Below, one piece after another: positions 38,654 through 48,464 of a DNA stretch of 64,000 bases; position 1 is the stretch's first letter, and each line of letters begins with the position of its first letter. Made by a program: the position numbers and the translations under genes. The DNA is from Spirochaetia bacterium (lineage in GTDB: Bacteria; Spirochaetota; Spirochaetia; CADAEX01), in NCBI GenBank assembly GCA_963662795.1, contig OY759746.1, positions 640,001 through 704,000 of the forward strand. Direction: 5' to 3'. Under the pieces are notes generated by a model. The model was not told the DNA's origin. It worked only from the letters and a program-made list of their open reading frames with translations, and ran no database searches.

Positions 38654-40492
38654 TTATTCTGTAATAATAATGTTTATTTCCTTTCCGGCAGGCATCTGCC
38701 GGAATTTTATATTTTTACCTGAAGAGTCCGTTATGCGGAATTCCATATCCTTAAATCCTCCGGCGGTAAATCCGGCGCCGCTGAAAGCTTTTCCATTGAT
38801 TATCTGTATATCAATTTTTTTATCGTTTTCAATCAGCCTGTAATCCAGAAGAGCCCTGTTTCGCCAGAAATCCCCGTATTCGGAGATACTGCCCATCCAG
38901 CCGTCCCTGCTTTTTACATACTTCATAATCCCTTCCTGGGCGACCAGTTTATAATCATTGTCTCTTGTGTCAGAAGGGTGCATTAAAAGAACAGTTACAG
39001 ATCCATTGTCCGCGTTTTTTTTAATTATATCATTCCAGAGACTGATCACATCCTTAACAGATTTGCTTGTAAGAAATCCCATGGAATCATCAATTGATAC
39101 AGGGATCTCGATAACATCAGTAACCGGCGATCCGGTTACTCTCTCGCTGAAGGCAAAAAAAGGAAATGCTGTAAGTATATCATTTGATGAGAATGTTGAA
39201 TCGTATTTATATCCGTACTCTGCAAGCACACCTATAAGGGCGCGCGGAAATGCGAGATTACCCGAGCGATAGCTTATTGTATTCTGACCTGGAATGTCCC
39301 TGTCAAGAAGCTCCTTGCTTACCCCTGCCTCTCCCCTTATTGTGAACTGTTTTAACGGGTTATAGTTAACGAATTTCACCCCTTTTTCCCCGAGAGGCGC
39401 ATTGGTAAGATCAACATAATGCGACACTGTATGGGAGCCGATATCAAACCCCATATTTTTAAGTTTTATAATCGCTTCCCTGTTTTCCGGTACATTATAG
39501 TAATCTATATCCTGATAATCCCTGAAATATTTAGTATTCTCAAAATATGTGGCTGAAGCATTATACTTTTTCTCAAGCTTTGCGAATTTAAGGGAATCAA
39601 GAAATGATGTCTGGGCATCAACATCATGCGACAGAACAAGAGAAGTACTTTTAAGGGAAGGGTTTGTCCCCTTGTAGAAATACTTGCCGTTATGCTGCAT
39701 GTAAATTGATTTTACAATAAGCATGACAACGTCTGCCGAAGGTTCAAAACTGTTAACAAACTTTCTCTGAGCCTCATAATCGTTTCCCATCTGCGGAAGA
39801 AGAACCGATTCGGTAAATGAAACACCAAAGAGATATGCATTCCCTCTTCCGTATCTTTTCTTTATGAATCCCGCGAAGTTGTCCGGATAACTGCCAAGTA
39901 TATGTCTTTTATCGGAAACCTTATATCCATGAGACCAGATAACATTTTCATATATCGGGCCTGTTCCGTTTCCGAGTGATATTGTTCTCTCTTCATCCGT
40001 ATCAAGATAAGCGAGGACAGGATCATCACCGGAGAAAGAAAGCCTGTATCTTTTCCTTGTGGCGCTATATTCTTCAATGTCAAAAAGAGAGAAATAGGTT
40101 TTTCCGATTTCTCCGGCAGTCATAAATGTTCCGCCGTTTTCTACAAATTCATACAGGATATTGGCAAAATCCTTTCCCGCCCCCTTATCAGTAAGCGGTC
40201 CCGAAATAAAAGCTGTTTTATACTTAAGTAAATCTTTCGGATCTGATAATACATCATAGGGTATTCCCTGAATATCAAAGATCCTTTTCATGGCGATGAA
40301 TTCAGTAGAACCGGAAGTTCCTGCTGAAGCGCTCGGATCATAAATACCGCCGGAGACTGTTTTGCTGTCATCAGCAGTATCTGCACCGGTCCGGAAAAGT
40401 GCCGTTTTCACGGAAAAGGTGATGTCTTTTTCCGCACTGAAAAGACTTGCTGACGTCAGAAGGAAAATATATAAAATCATTTTTTTGTTCAT
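38654..40492 (-). CDS. Secreted polysaccharide deacetylase (CE4-like) domain protein
   Basis: Signal peptide; SHDVD, GSHTVSH, YRSG, YDST, LLMHP NodB-type motifs. Confidence 0.7.
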   Translation of the reverse strand: MNKKMILYIFLLTSASLFSAEKDITFSVKTALFRTGADTADDSKTVSGGIYDPSASAGTSGSTEFIAMKRIFDIQGIPYDVLSDPKDLLKYKTAFISGPLTDKGAGKDFANILYEFVENGGTFMTAGEIGKTYFSLFDIEEYSATRKRYRLSFSGDDPVLAYLDTDEERTISLGNGTGPIYENVIWSHGYKVSDKRHILGSYPDNFAGFIKKRYGRGNAYLFGVSFTESVLLPQMGNDYEAQRKFVNSFEPSADVVMLIVKSIYMQHNGKYFYKGTNPSLKSTSLVLSHDVDAQTSFLDSLKFAKLEKKYNASATYFENTKYFRDYQDIDYYNVPENREAIIKLKNMGFDIGSHTVSHYVDLTNAPLGEKGVKFVNYNPLKQFTIRGEAGVSKELLDRDIPGQNTISYRSGNLAFPRALIGVLAEYGYKYDSTFSSNDILTAFPFFAFSERVTGSPVTDVIEIPVSIDDSMGFLTSKSVKDVISLWNDIIKKNADNGSVTVLLMHPSDTRDNDYKLVAQEGIMKYVKSRDGWMGSISEYGDFWRNRALLDYRLIENDKKIDIQIINGKAFSGAGFTAGGFKDMEFRITDSSGKNIKFRQMPAGKEINIIITE

Positions 40493-40494
40493 TG

Positions 40495-41820
40495 TTATTT
40501 ACTCCAGAACAGATCATCAGGTTTGGAAAGCAGATGTTCCGCGATGATATACCATGCAGTGCCGGCTACGCTGGGGAAAGAGCTGAAATGATGCGGCACA
40601 TCGGTAGACACATAAAGCAAGCCTCCGTTATCCGCCATCTTTGCAGCAGCTTTAATTATTTCCCGGCCCTTTTCAGGATTGCCTGCCCTGATGTATGCGG
40701 ACGCTGCGCCCAGAGACCCTTCAGACCAGACAATCGAAATGTCCCTCCAGGTTTTTATTCCTGGTCCGATCAGGGCTGATGCGATTTCAGGCGATTCGTA
40801 TATATTTTCATCATGATAAGGGCCGTATCCTGAAAATCCTTTATCTTCAGTTTTGAAATTTTTCTCTATCTCTTCAAGTGATTTAAAGGCCTTTCCACGG
40901 GCCCCGACACTTGTAAGGAAAAGGGATCCCCACGACGCCCCGTCAAGGGGAAGGGCAAGGTCAGGTTTCCCGTCACCCTTAATTCCTCTGAAAAACTGGT
41001 TATTATCCTTATCCCACATGTTTTTCATAAGGGAGTTCTTTACTATTTCCGCCGCGTCGGCCCATTCTTTTTTCCCTGTAAGCCGGCCCAGGTCACGGAA
41101 CAGGAAATAAGCATCGATGTTATGCTCCATGCTCACCCAGTCTATGACAGTTTCCCTGAAAACCTCTTCGACTTTTTTTGTATCTGAAGAATACTCAAGC
41201 ACATAGCTTCCCTGTCCCCCGGTTACGAGGCCGAACCTTTTGTCTTTTTTATCTGTTATCTGCCTGTTTTTCAGGTAACCGGCTATTTTTTCAGCCATAG
41301 CCAGGTACTGCCCTGCAAGATAATCATTTTCAGCAAACCCCGGCTCCTCAATCTGCCTTGAAAGAATGTAATAAACAGGCGCGTAACCTGCCCATGCAAG
41401 GGCGCCGCTTCTTATAACAGCACCGTAATGATCTTCAGGAGAAGGCCAGCTGTTTTGCGTATTGCAGGAAAACCAGATACTTCCGTCATCATTTAAAAGC
41501 CTTTCCATCGCACTTAGAATATATTCTGAATATTTGTACTCCCCTTTCATGGTAAAGGCTATAACGGCAAGGGCATCATCATATATAAAGGATTTACCGG
41601 AGATATAAGGATAGGCAGGATCGCTTTCAGGGAGCCTGTAGCTGAGGATAAGCCTTCTTCTCTCCTGAACCGGATTTTCAATCGTATCATTCGGGACAAT
41701 CTGCGATTTAAGCCAGCTTATGCTTTTATCAGTCATTTCATCTGCGTGTATCTGTGCAAACCCGGCAAATAAAAACATAACCGGTGCTGCAAGTAAAATC
41801 AATCTTTGTTGTTTTCCCAT
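40495..41820 (-). CDS. Secreted hypothetical protein, putative (alpha/alpha)6 glycosidase-like fold
   Basis: Signal peptide; YDDALA, AWAG, SMEHNID, LDG.SWG, WSEG motifs. The fold call is inference. Start moved to 41820. Confidence 0.5.
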   Translation of the reverse strand: MGKQQRLILLAAPVMFLFAGFAQIHADEMTDKSISWLKSQIVPNDTIENPVQERRRLILSYRLPESDPAYPYISGKSFIYDDALAVIAFTMKGEYKYSEYILSAMERLLNDDGSIWFSCNTQNSWPSPEDHYGAVIRSGALAWAGYAPVYYILSRQIEEPGFAENDYLAGQYLAMAEKIAGYLKNRQITDKKDKRFGLVTGGQGSYVLEYSSDTKKVEEVFRETVIDWVSMEHNIDAYFLFRDLGRLTGKKEWADAAEIVKNSLMKNMWDKDNNQFFRGIKGDGKPDLALPLDGASWGSLFLTSVGARGKAFKSLEEIEKNFKTEDKGFSGYGPYHDENIYESPEIASALIGPGIKTWRDISIVWSEGSLGAASAYIRAGNPEKGREIIKAAAKMADNGGLLYVSTDVPHHFSSFPSVAGTAWYIIAEHLLSKPDDLFWSK

Positions 41821-41948
41821 AGGTATAATTAATTTAATACCAATATATATCCAAATCAATATTTATTTCATCCAGCCAGGAAGCATCAAAATATGATATA
41901 CCCGGGTAAGTCTTGATTTTTGCCTTATTTTGGAATAATCATTAGAAC

Positions 41949-42551
41949 ATGAATTCATGGATGCATATCTGGTCTTCAGCTTTTATTCTCCTGTTTGTCA
42001 TAGATCCTTTCGGCAATATCCCGATCCTCCTCACCATTCTTAAAAACCTTGAAGGGCGGAGAATGAGCTATGTAATATTCAGGGAAATGATGATAGGGCT
42101 TTTTCTTTTAATACTCTTTCTCTATTTCGGCAATGTTTTCCTTAAGCTTTTTCATCTCGAAACAGGGGCCATTACAATATCAGGGGGAATAATTTTCTTT
42201 ATAATAAGCCTCAGGATGATATTTCCCGGGCCTAAAGGCTCAAATATCTACGCATCTGAAAAAGAGCCGTTCATTGTACCCATTGCAATGCCGATGATTG
42301 CAGGTCCTGCCGCCCTTGCCACCCTCCTGATAATGGGAGATAGCAGCGGAAACAACAAAACATCCCTGCTGCTATCGCTTTTCTGCGCCTGGCTCATATC
42401 ATTTATGATACTCATCCTCTCCCCCCACCTCTTAAACCTTCTCAAGGAAAGGGGGCTTACCGCCCTGGAAAGGCTGATGGGGATGCTCCTTCTGATTATG
42501 TCTGTCCAGAAATTTATTGACGGGCTAAGGGAAATTGTGCCGAATTTTTAA
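41949..42551 (+). CDS. MarC family membrane protein
   Basis: IDPFGNIP, VPIAMPMIAGP, ERLMGMLL. Confidence 0.9.
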   Translation: MNSWMHIWSSAFILLFVIDPFGNIPILLTILKNLEGRRMSYVIFREMMIGLFLLILFLYFGNVFLKLFHLETGAITISGGIIFFIISLRMIFPGPKGSNIYASEKEPFIVPIAMPMIAGPAALATLLIMGDSSGNNKTSLLLSLFCAWLISFMILILSPHLLNLLKERGLTALERLMGMLLLIMSVQKFIDGLREIVPNF

Positions 42552-42555
42552 ACAG

Positions 42556-44094
42556 TTAATTTTTAATCTGTCTTATCGTATCGATAATAGTGCCGTCCCT
42601 GTATTCGACAAGGGCTACAATCTTTTTCTCAAACTGTATCTGCTCAGGCCGTCCGACTATTTTTTCCGCCTTGTTTTTAAGCTCATCAATTGAATAGACG
42701 GGAAGCTTGCAGCTCTTAAGCCTTTCCATGATTTCAGGGCGCCTGGGATTTACAGCTATACCCCTGTCCGTGACAAGCACATCGACTGTGGAGCCGGGAG
42801 TAATAACGGTCTGTACGCTGTCAATTACAGTGGCAGTTCTTCCCCGCACTAAAGGGGCCACTATTATGGAAAGGCCTGAACCGACGGCAGTATCAGAATG
42901 ACCTCCTGATGCTCCCCTGATTATTCCGTCGGAGCCTGTTATTACATTAACATTAAAGTCCTTGTCTATCTCAAGAGCGCTTAATATTACAACGTTGAGC
43001 TTGTTGACAGCGCACCCCTTGTTAAGGGGATTGGCATAATAGGATGCGTCAATTTCCGTGTGATAGCGGTTTTCACCTATTGATCTTATCGCCTCTCCGT
43101 CAAAGCTCTGCACATCAAGGAGCCTTCCTATAAATCCGTCCTCGTGCAGCTTTACCATCGGGCCTGAAATACCTCCAAGAGCCCATCTTGCCTTTACATT
43201 TCTCTCTTCCATATATTCCCGCAGGAACCTTGTTACGGCAACGGAAGCTCCGCCGGAGCCTGTCTGGAGCGAAAATCCGTTTTCGAAATATCCTGAGTTG
43301 ACCACAACTTCCGATACAAGCTTTGCAAGGAGAAGGTCGCGCGGGTTTTTTGTTATCCTTGTCGCACCTGTCGTAATTCCCCTGGGATCCCCCACCGAAT
43401 CAACAGCTACAATGTAATCAACCATATCCTGATGGATCGAGAACGGGGTATTGGGATACTCGACAATGTTGTCTGTTATGAGTACCACATTTTTGGCAAA
43501 CCCTGCGTCGACCATTGCATACCCCAATGATCCGCATGCGGATTTGCCGGTATAGCCGTTTGCGTTCCCGTATACGTCGCATGAGGGTACCCCGAGAAAT
43601 GCTACATCTATCACAATCTGACCTGACTCAATTGCCCTGGCCCTTCCGCCGTGGGAATGGATAAGTACCGGTGTTTCCATGATTCCGTTTGAGACTGCCT
43701 CTGCAAGTTCTCCCCGCAGTCCCGAAGTTATTATCCTCTTTATGACTTTATTTTTTATATGTTTTACAAGCGGAGCGTGCACATCGGAGAGCGAGCTTGC
43801 CGCAATCGTGATATCCTTTATCCCCATATTGGCAATAACGTCCATAACCATGTTTACTATTCTGTCGCCGCTTCTGAAGTGGTGATGAAAAGATATTGTC
43901 ATGCCGTCCTTAAGAGCGGTTTTTATTATAACCTGTTCAATTGTATCAACAAGTTTATTCAATTTGGGAAGCTGCCTGTTCCCCTTGTCTTTCTTTACAA
44001 GAGGAGTATATTCATAAGCTCCCCTGAAGGGAGTAAGTATTCCTATGTTATCAACCTTTTCAGGTATTTTTCTTCCAAGCGTGTTTTCTGTCAC
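42556..44094 (-). CDS. citF: Citrate lyase alpha subunit (citrate CoA/ACP-transferase)
   Basis: SFHHHFRSGD, HSHGGRARAI, QTGSGGAS, GASGGHSDTA. Confidence 0.95.
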   Translation of the reverse strand: MTENTLGRKIPEKVDNIGILTPFRGAYEYTPLVKKDKGNRQLPKLNKLVDTIEQVIIKTALKDGMTISFHHHFRSGDRIVNMVMDVIANMGIKDITIAASSLSDVHAPLVKHIKNKVIKRIITSGLRGELAEAVSNGIMETPVLIHSHGGRARAIESGQIVIDVAFLGVPSCDVYGNANGYTGKSACGSLGYAMVDAGFAKNVVLITDNIVEYPNTPFSIHQDMVDYIVAVDSVGDPRGITTGATRITKNPRDLLLAKLVSEVVVNSGYFENGFSLQTGSGGASVAVTRFLREYMEERNVKARWALGGISGPMVKLHEDGFIGRLLDVQSFDGEAIRSIGENRYHTEIDASYYANPLNKGCAVNKLNVVILSALEIDKDFNVNVITGSDGIIRGASGGHSDTAVGSGLSIIVAPLVRGRTATVIDSVQTVITPGSTVDVLVTDRGIAVNPRRPEIMERLKSCKLPVYSIDELKNKAEKIVGRPEQIQFEKKIVALVEYRDGTIIDTIRQIKN

Positions 44095-44991
44095 TTATTC
44101 CTCCCTGCTTGCAGGAATAGTCATTCCTGAGGCTTTTGCAAGTTCAATTATTCTTTCCGCCCGCTCGACAATGGGTTTGTCAACCATTTTTCCGTTGACA
44201 GCTATTACTCCGGATGATTTAGCCTCTGCCTCTTTTATTCCATCAACAACCTGCAGCGCGTGTTCCAGTTCTTCCCGTGCAGGGGCGAATATCCTGTTTA
44301 CAGGATCTATCTGACGGGGACTGATTATTGACTTGCCGTCAAAGCCGAGCTGCTTTATCAGGCTCACTTCCCTGACAAAACCTTCCTCATTGTTAAGATC
44401 TGTATAAACGGTATCAAGTGCGTATATTCCTGCCGCCCGTGCAGCGTTTACTATCATGCTCCTTGCGAAAAGAAGTTCCGTCCCGTCATCGTAGCGCCTT
44501 GTTTTCATGCTTGTAACGTAATCCTCTGCTCCAAGCGCGATCCCTATAAGACGGCTGCTTGAAACTGCGATTGCATAGGCGTTTAAGACTCCTTTTGGGG
44601 TTTCAATTGCTGCCATAAGCTTTATTGTGCCGGCCACGATTCCAAGCTTCTTCTCTTCCTTCCCGACAAGCTCCTCGACATCAAGCAGATCCTGTGCAGT
44701 TTCTGTTTTCGGAAGTCTTATAACTCCCGGCCGGGCAAGTACCATCGCCTTTATGTCTTCCTTCCCGTGCGGGCTGTCAAGTGAGTTGATTCTTACCACA
44801 GTTTCTATTCCCTCATAATCCTGTGTACGAAGCGCTTTATACACCAGAAAGCGGGCGGCGTCTTTTTCATTTACGCTTACGGAATCCTCAAGATCAAACA
44901 TTATTGAATCAGATCTGTATATCTGCGCGTCCTTTACCATTCCGGCGTTATTGCCCGGTACATAAAGCATTGTTCTTCTAAGTTTCTGCAT
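44095..44991 (-). CDS. citE: Citrate lyase beta subunit
   Basis: RRTMLYVPG, FDLEDSV, IALGAEDY, GFDGKS. Confidence 0.95.
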   Translation of the reverse strand: MQKLRRTMLYVPGNNAGMVKDAQIYRSDSIMFDLEDSVSVNEKDAARFLVYKALRTQDYEGIETVVRINSLDSPHGKEDIKAMVLARPGVIRLPKTETAQDLLDVEELVGKEEKKLGIVAGTIKLMAAIETPKGVLNAYAIAVSSSRLIGIALGAEDYVTSMKTRRYDDGTELLFARSMIVNAARAAGIYALDTVYTDLNNEEGFVREVSLIKQLGFDGKSIISPRQIDPVNRIFAPAREELEHALQVVDGIKEAEAKSSGVIAVNGKMVDKPIVERAERIIELAKASGMTIPASREE

Positions 44992-45284
44992 CAGATTTTC
45001 TCCCAGCTGTAGGATGTTATCCCGCAGGCCCTGTAAACAGCTGCGGCAAGCCGGGCTTCAATTGTGCAGTCAAGGGCGCCTTTGTCATTAAGCTGTACCA
45101 CAGCTTCATCAATGCCAAGTACTTCAAGTTTTTCCTTTACTACTTTTTTTATCTGGCTTCCGAACTGCCTCTCTACAATACTCTGAAGAAGTATTTCAAC
45201 CCCTTCCCCCGGGTTTTCCCTTACCGTGACAAGGACATCGCTTGACTCAAGGGTTCCGGCCATTCCGGTTTTCACTACTTTCAT
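44991..45284 (-). CDS. citD: Citrate lyase acyl carrier protein
   Basis: AGTLESSD (prosthetic-group Ser), DKGALDCTI.AR. Confidence 0.93.
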   Translation of the reverse strand: MKVVKTGMAGTLESSDVLVTVRENPGEGVEILLQSIVERQFGSQIKKVVKEKLEVLGIDEAVVQLNDKGALDCTIEARLAAAVYRACGITSYSWEKI

Positions 45285-45327
45285 TTTATAGACCTCTTAT
45301 TTTCTTCAAAATCTGATTCGCGCTTAT

Positions 45328-46812
45328 TTATACAGCGGTTTTATCCTTTTTGCGTAAATAGGGAGAAATAAAAGCAATAAGTGAAATAATTAAAATCACA
45401 AGAGAAATCGGCCTGGTTACAAAACCGAGCCAGCTTCCATCCCCGATTATCAGCTGTTTTCTAAGTGAGTTCTCAGCTATACCGCCGAGAATAAGGCCGA
45501 GAATAAAGGCAGAATTTGAATATTTAAAATGGTCAAATAAATATCCGATAAATCCGAATCCGAACATTATAAGAACATCATAGAAGCTGTTCTGAAGGGA
45601 ATAGGCACCCACTGTCCCGAGGAGAATGATAAGAGTTCCAAGCAGAGGATAAGGCAATTTCAGGATTCTCGCAAATTCCCTGGTCATGAATCTTCCTCCC
45701 AGAAAAAGCAGCAGCGAGGCAATAATTATTGATATAAAGACTGAATTAAGAAGAATAGGCTGATCCTTGAAAAGAAGAGGGCCGGGCCGGAGGCCGTGAA
45801 TCATAAAAGCTGCCATGATTACCGCGGCAGTCGGGCTTCCGGGAATACCGAGAACAAGAGTAGGCACCATTGATCCGCCGACAGCAGCGTTATTCGCGCT
45901 TTCAGGTGCTATGATGCCTTCCGGCTTGCCCTTGCCGAACTCATCAGGATTTTTACTAGACCGCACCGCTTCGCTGTACGCGACAAGCGATGCTATTGAA
46001 CCGCCTGCAGCTGGAATAATTCCAATAACTGTTCCGATTATTGATGACTTGACAAATGTAGCCCACATTTTAAGCATGGCCGATATCTTTTCAAGTTTTA
46101 ATGATATTTTATTTTCAGTAATCAGGTCTGAACTTCTGCTTGCTGTATCGCGGATATTTTTAAAAACTTCTGCAAGTGCAAAAACGCCGATCATTACAGG
46201 TATATAGCTTATACCATTCATCAGGAAAGGCTGGCCGAATGTAAAACGGTTTGATCCATTAATCGGGTCAATACCAATTGTTGAAAATAAAAGGCCGAGA
46301 ATTGCTGAAAGAAGTGATTTAAGCTGGTTTTTTGCACCCAGGCTTGTAATGCAGCTTAAGCCCAGCAGTGCAAGCATAAAATATTCGGCGCTCTGAAACC
46401 TTAAGGCAAGTTTTGCAAGCAAAGGGGCGCTCAAAACCATCATAAATGCAGAAAATATACCGCCGAAGGATGATGCAGTTACCGCAAGTCCTAAAGCCCT
46501 TCCTGATTCACCGCGGAGAGACATGGGATACCCGTCAAATGTTGTTGCAACTGCCTCAGGTGTACCGGGGATGCGGAGAAGTATTGCGGAAATTGAACCT
46601 CCGCAGGCACCTCCTACATAGACTGAAACCAGCGTGACAATTGCTGTAACAGGATTCATTGCATATGTAAAAGGCAATACAAGAATAATTGCCATTGATG
46701 AACTTAAACCAGGCAGCGCGCCGCATACCATTCCAAAAATAGTACCGCCCAGTAAAAGTGCAAAATTAAGCGGATTTGCCATGAAAATAATTGATTGTAG
46801 CAAAATTTCCAA
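45328..46812 (-). CDS. tctA: Tripartite tricarboxylate transporter large subunit
   Basis: GALPGL, IPGTP..ATTFDGYPM, APESANNA, LGIPGS. Confidence 0.93.
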   Translation of the reverse strand: MEILLQSIIFMANPLNFALLLGGTIFGMVCGALPGLSSSMAIILVLPFTYAMNPVTAIVTLVSVYVGGACGGSISAILLRIPGTPEAVATTFDGYPMSLRGESGRALGLAVTASSFGGIFSAFMMVLSAPLLAKLALRFQSAEYFMLALLGLSCITSLGAKNQLKSLLSAILGLLFSTIGIDPINGSNRFTFGQPFLMNGISYIPVMIGVFALAEVFKNIRDTASRSSDLITENKISLKLEKISAMLKMWATFVKSSIIGTVIGIIPAAGGSIASLVAYSEAVRSSKNPDEFGKGKPEGIIAPESANNAAVGGSMVPTLVLGIPGSPTAAVIMAAFMIHGLRPGPLLFKDQPILLNSVFISIIIASLLLFLGGRFMTREFARILKLPYPLLGTLIILLGTVGAYSLQNSFYDVLIMFGFGFIGYLFDHFKYSNSAFILGLILGGIAENSLRKQLIIGDGSWLGFVTRPISLVILIISLIAFISPYLRKKDKTAV

Positions 46813-46851
46813 AATAAAACCTCCTGCTTTTATAAACCAAAAGCATTACTG

Positions 46852-47334
46852 CTAATAAATGAAATAACTTAATTCCCGTAAAAATCCAATTCCGCGCGGA
46901 AGCGGGACATAAAACAGTTTGCCGAAAAGAATTACAAAGATTGCTGTAACAATTGATGAATAAAGCAGTAAAAGCAGGTTTTTTTTGTAACCCATAGACC
47001 TGGCCGCGCTCAGTGAGTATAAGAATGTTGTCAGGATATAGCCGGTAATATTAAGCAATGAAATATATGCTGTAAACAGAACAATATTTAATACTATAGT
47101 TTTTCCCGAACCGGTACTAAAATCAATAATTTTAATTTTGGAATATTCTTTTTTCCGGAATTGAATAATTATTATAACTGCTAAAATAATTATTCCAATT
47201 ATTATAAGTAATGCAGGGAAACCGCTGGATTTCAGTAAATCTCCATCAACTGAATCATTTCTGAAAGTTGCTGAAACAAAAAGCATCGCAGCAAGGAATA
47301 CTCCAACCGCGATATTAAACACCTGTTCTCCCAT
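46852..47334 (-). CDS. tctB: Tripartite tricarboxylate transporter small subunit
   Basis: 4 TM segments, C-terminal VPLPRG. Confidence 0.85.
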   Translation of the reverse strand: MGEQVFNIAVGVFLAAMLFVSATFRNDSVDGDLLKSSGFPALLIIIGIIILAVIIIIQFRKKEYSKIKIIDFSTGSGKTIVLNIVLFTAYISLLNITGYILTTFLYSLSAARSMGYKKNLLLLLYSSIVTAIFVILFGKLFYVPLPRGIGFLRELSYFIY

Positions 47335-47441
47335 AAATCCTCCTGTCTGGTTATCTGCATGATTTTTAAATAAGAAATGCCGCAGCCATGTATAAATTGA
47401 ACTGCAATTTAAGGCAGCCGCGGCAGCATAATTTTTTTAAT

Positions 47442-48446
47442 TTATTTTATTAATCCGCTTTTCGTGAATATTGTAACATATCCCTGATATTCAGCGTCCC
47501 ACATCTTTGCAAAATCATCAGCTTTGGCATAGCCCGGCCTGATATTTGTCATTGCTTTCTCTTCCATCGCCTTATAGCCGGGATCCTCATAAGCTTTCTG
47601 CAGCGCATCAATAAGAATTGCCTTGACATCAGCAGGTACTCCTTTCCTGATTGCGAAACCTCTCCATGATCCCTGTGTAAAATTGATTCCAAGTTCCACT
47701 GAGCATGGAAGGTCTTTAATTTCCGCAACCTGTGTAAGTCTGGTATCGTTAAGGACTGCCAGCGGCCTTATGTCGCCTGACGCAACAAGCGGAAGAAAGG
47801 AAATCAATTTATCCTGGTAAACATCAAGCTCTCCTCCAAGAACAGCTGCCTTGATCTCAGAACCTGACTTATAAGGAACATATGTCCATTCAATTCCGGC
47901 CGCTTCGGAAAATCCGCTCTGCATATAATCATCAAGACCGCCTGGTGATAATCCGCCGATTTTCAGTTTTTTGGGATTTTCTTTTGCGAACGCTCTCAAC
48001 TCCTCAAATGTTTTAAACGGGCTTTTTGCCGCTACTCCGATCAGCTGCACATCTGCCTGGACCTTAAGCAGGGGTTCAAAATTTTCACGGAAATTTATCT
48101 GACTTGCCTTGAGAGCTTCCTTGATAAGAAGTGAAGGAGTTATTTCAAGAATAGTGTAACCGTCAGCAGGTGCGTTATAAGCATATGTCATTCCCTCAAC
48201 TGTGCCTGCGCCGCCCTTGTTGATGGCTGTGATCGGCTTTCCAAGATATTTTTCAGCGAGCTGCGCATACTGTCTTGCAAAAATATCACTGGCTCCTCCT
48301 GCTCCGAACGGGATAACCATTTCCACAGGCCTTTTTGGAAAATCTGTCTTCAGCGCTGCTGCGCTTCCCGCTTCACACTTTCCGCCGGCATAAAGCATGG
48401 CGCCTGCTAAAGTCAAAATCAGTAAAAATAGAATTGATTTTTTCAT
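47442..48446 (-). CDS. tctC: Tripartite tricarboxylate transporter substrate-binding protein
   Basis: FPKRPVEMVIPFGAGGASD, ADGYT, VPYKSG. Confidence 0.92.
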   Translation of the reverse strand: MKKSILFLLILTLAGAMLYAGGKCEAGSAAALKTDFPKRPVEMVIPFGAGGASDIFARQYAQLAEKYLGKPITAINKGGAGTVEGMTYAYNAPADGYTILEITPSLLIKEALKASQINFRENFEPLLKVQADVQLIGVAAKSPFKTFEELRAFAKENPKKLKIGGLSPGGLDDYMQSGFSEAAGIEWTYVPYKSGSEIKAAVLGGELDVYQDKLISFLPLVASGDIRPLAVLNDTRLTQVAEIKDLPCSVELGINFTQGSWRGFAIRKGVPADVKAILIDALQKAYEDPGYKAMEEKAMTNIRPGYAKADDFAKMWDAEYQGYVTIFTKSGLIK

Positions 48447-48464
48447 TAGTTTCTCCTCTTTGAA

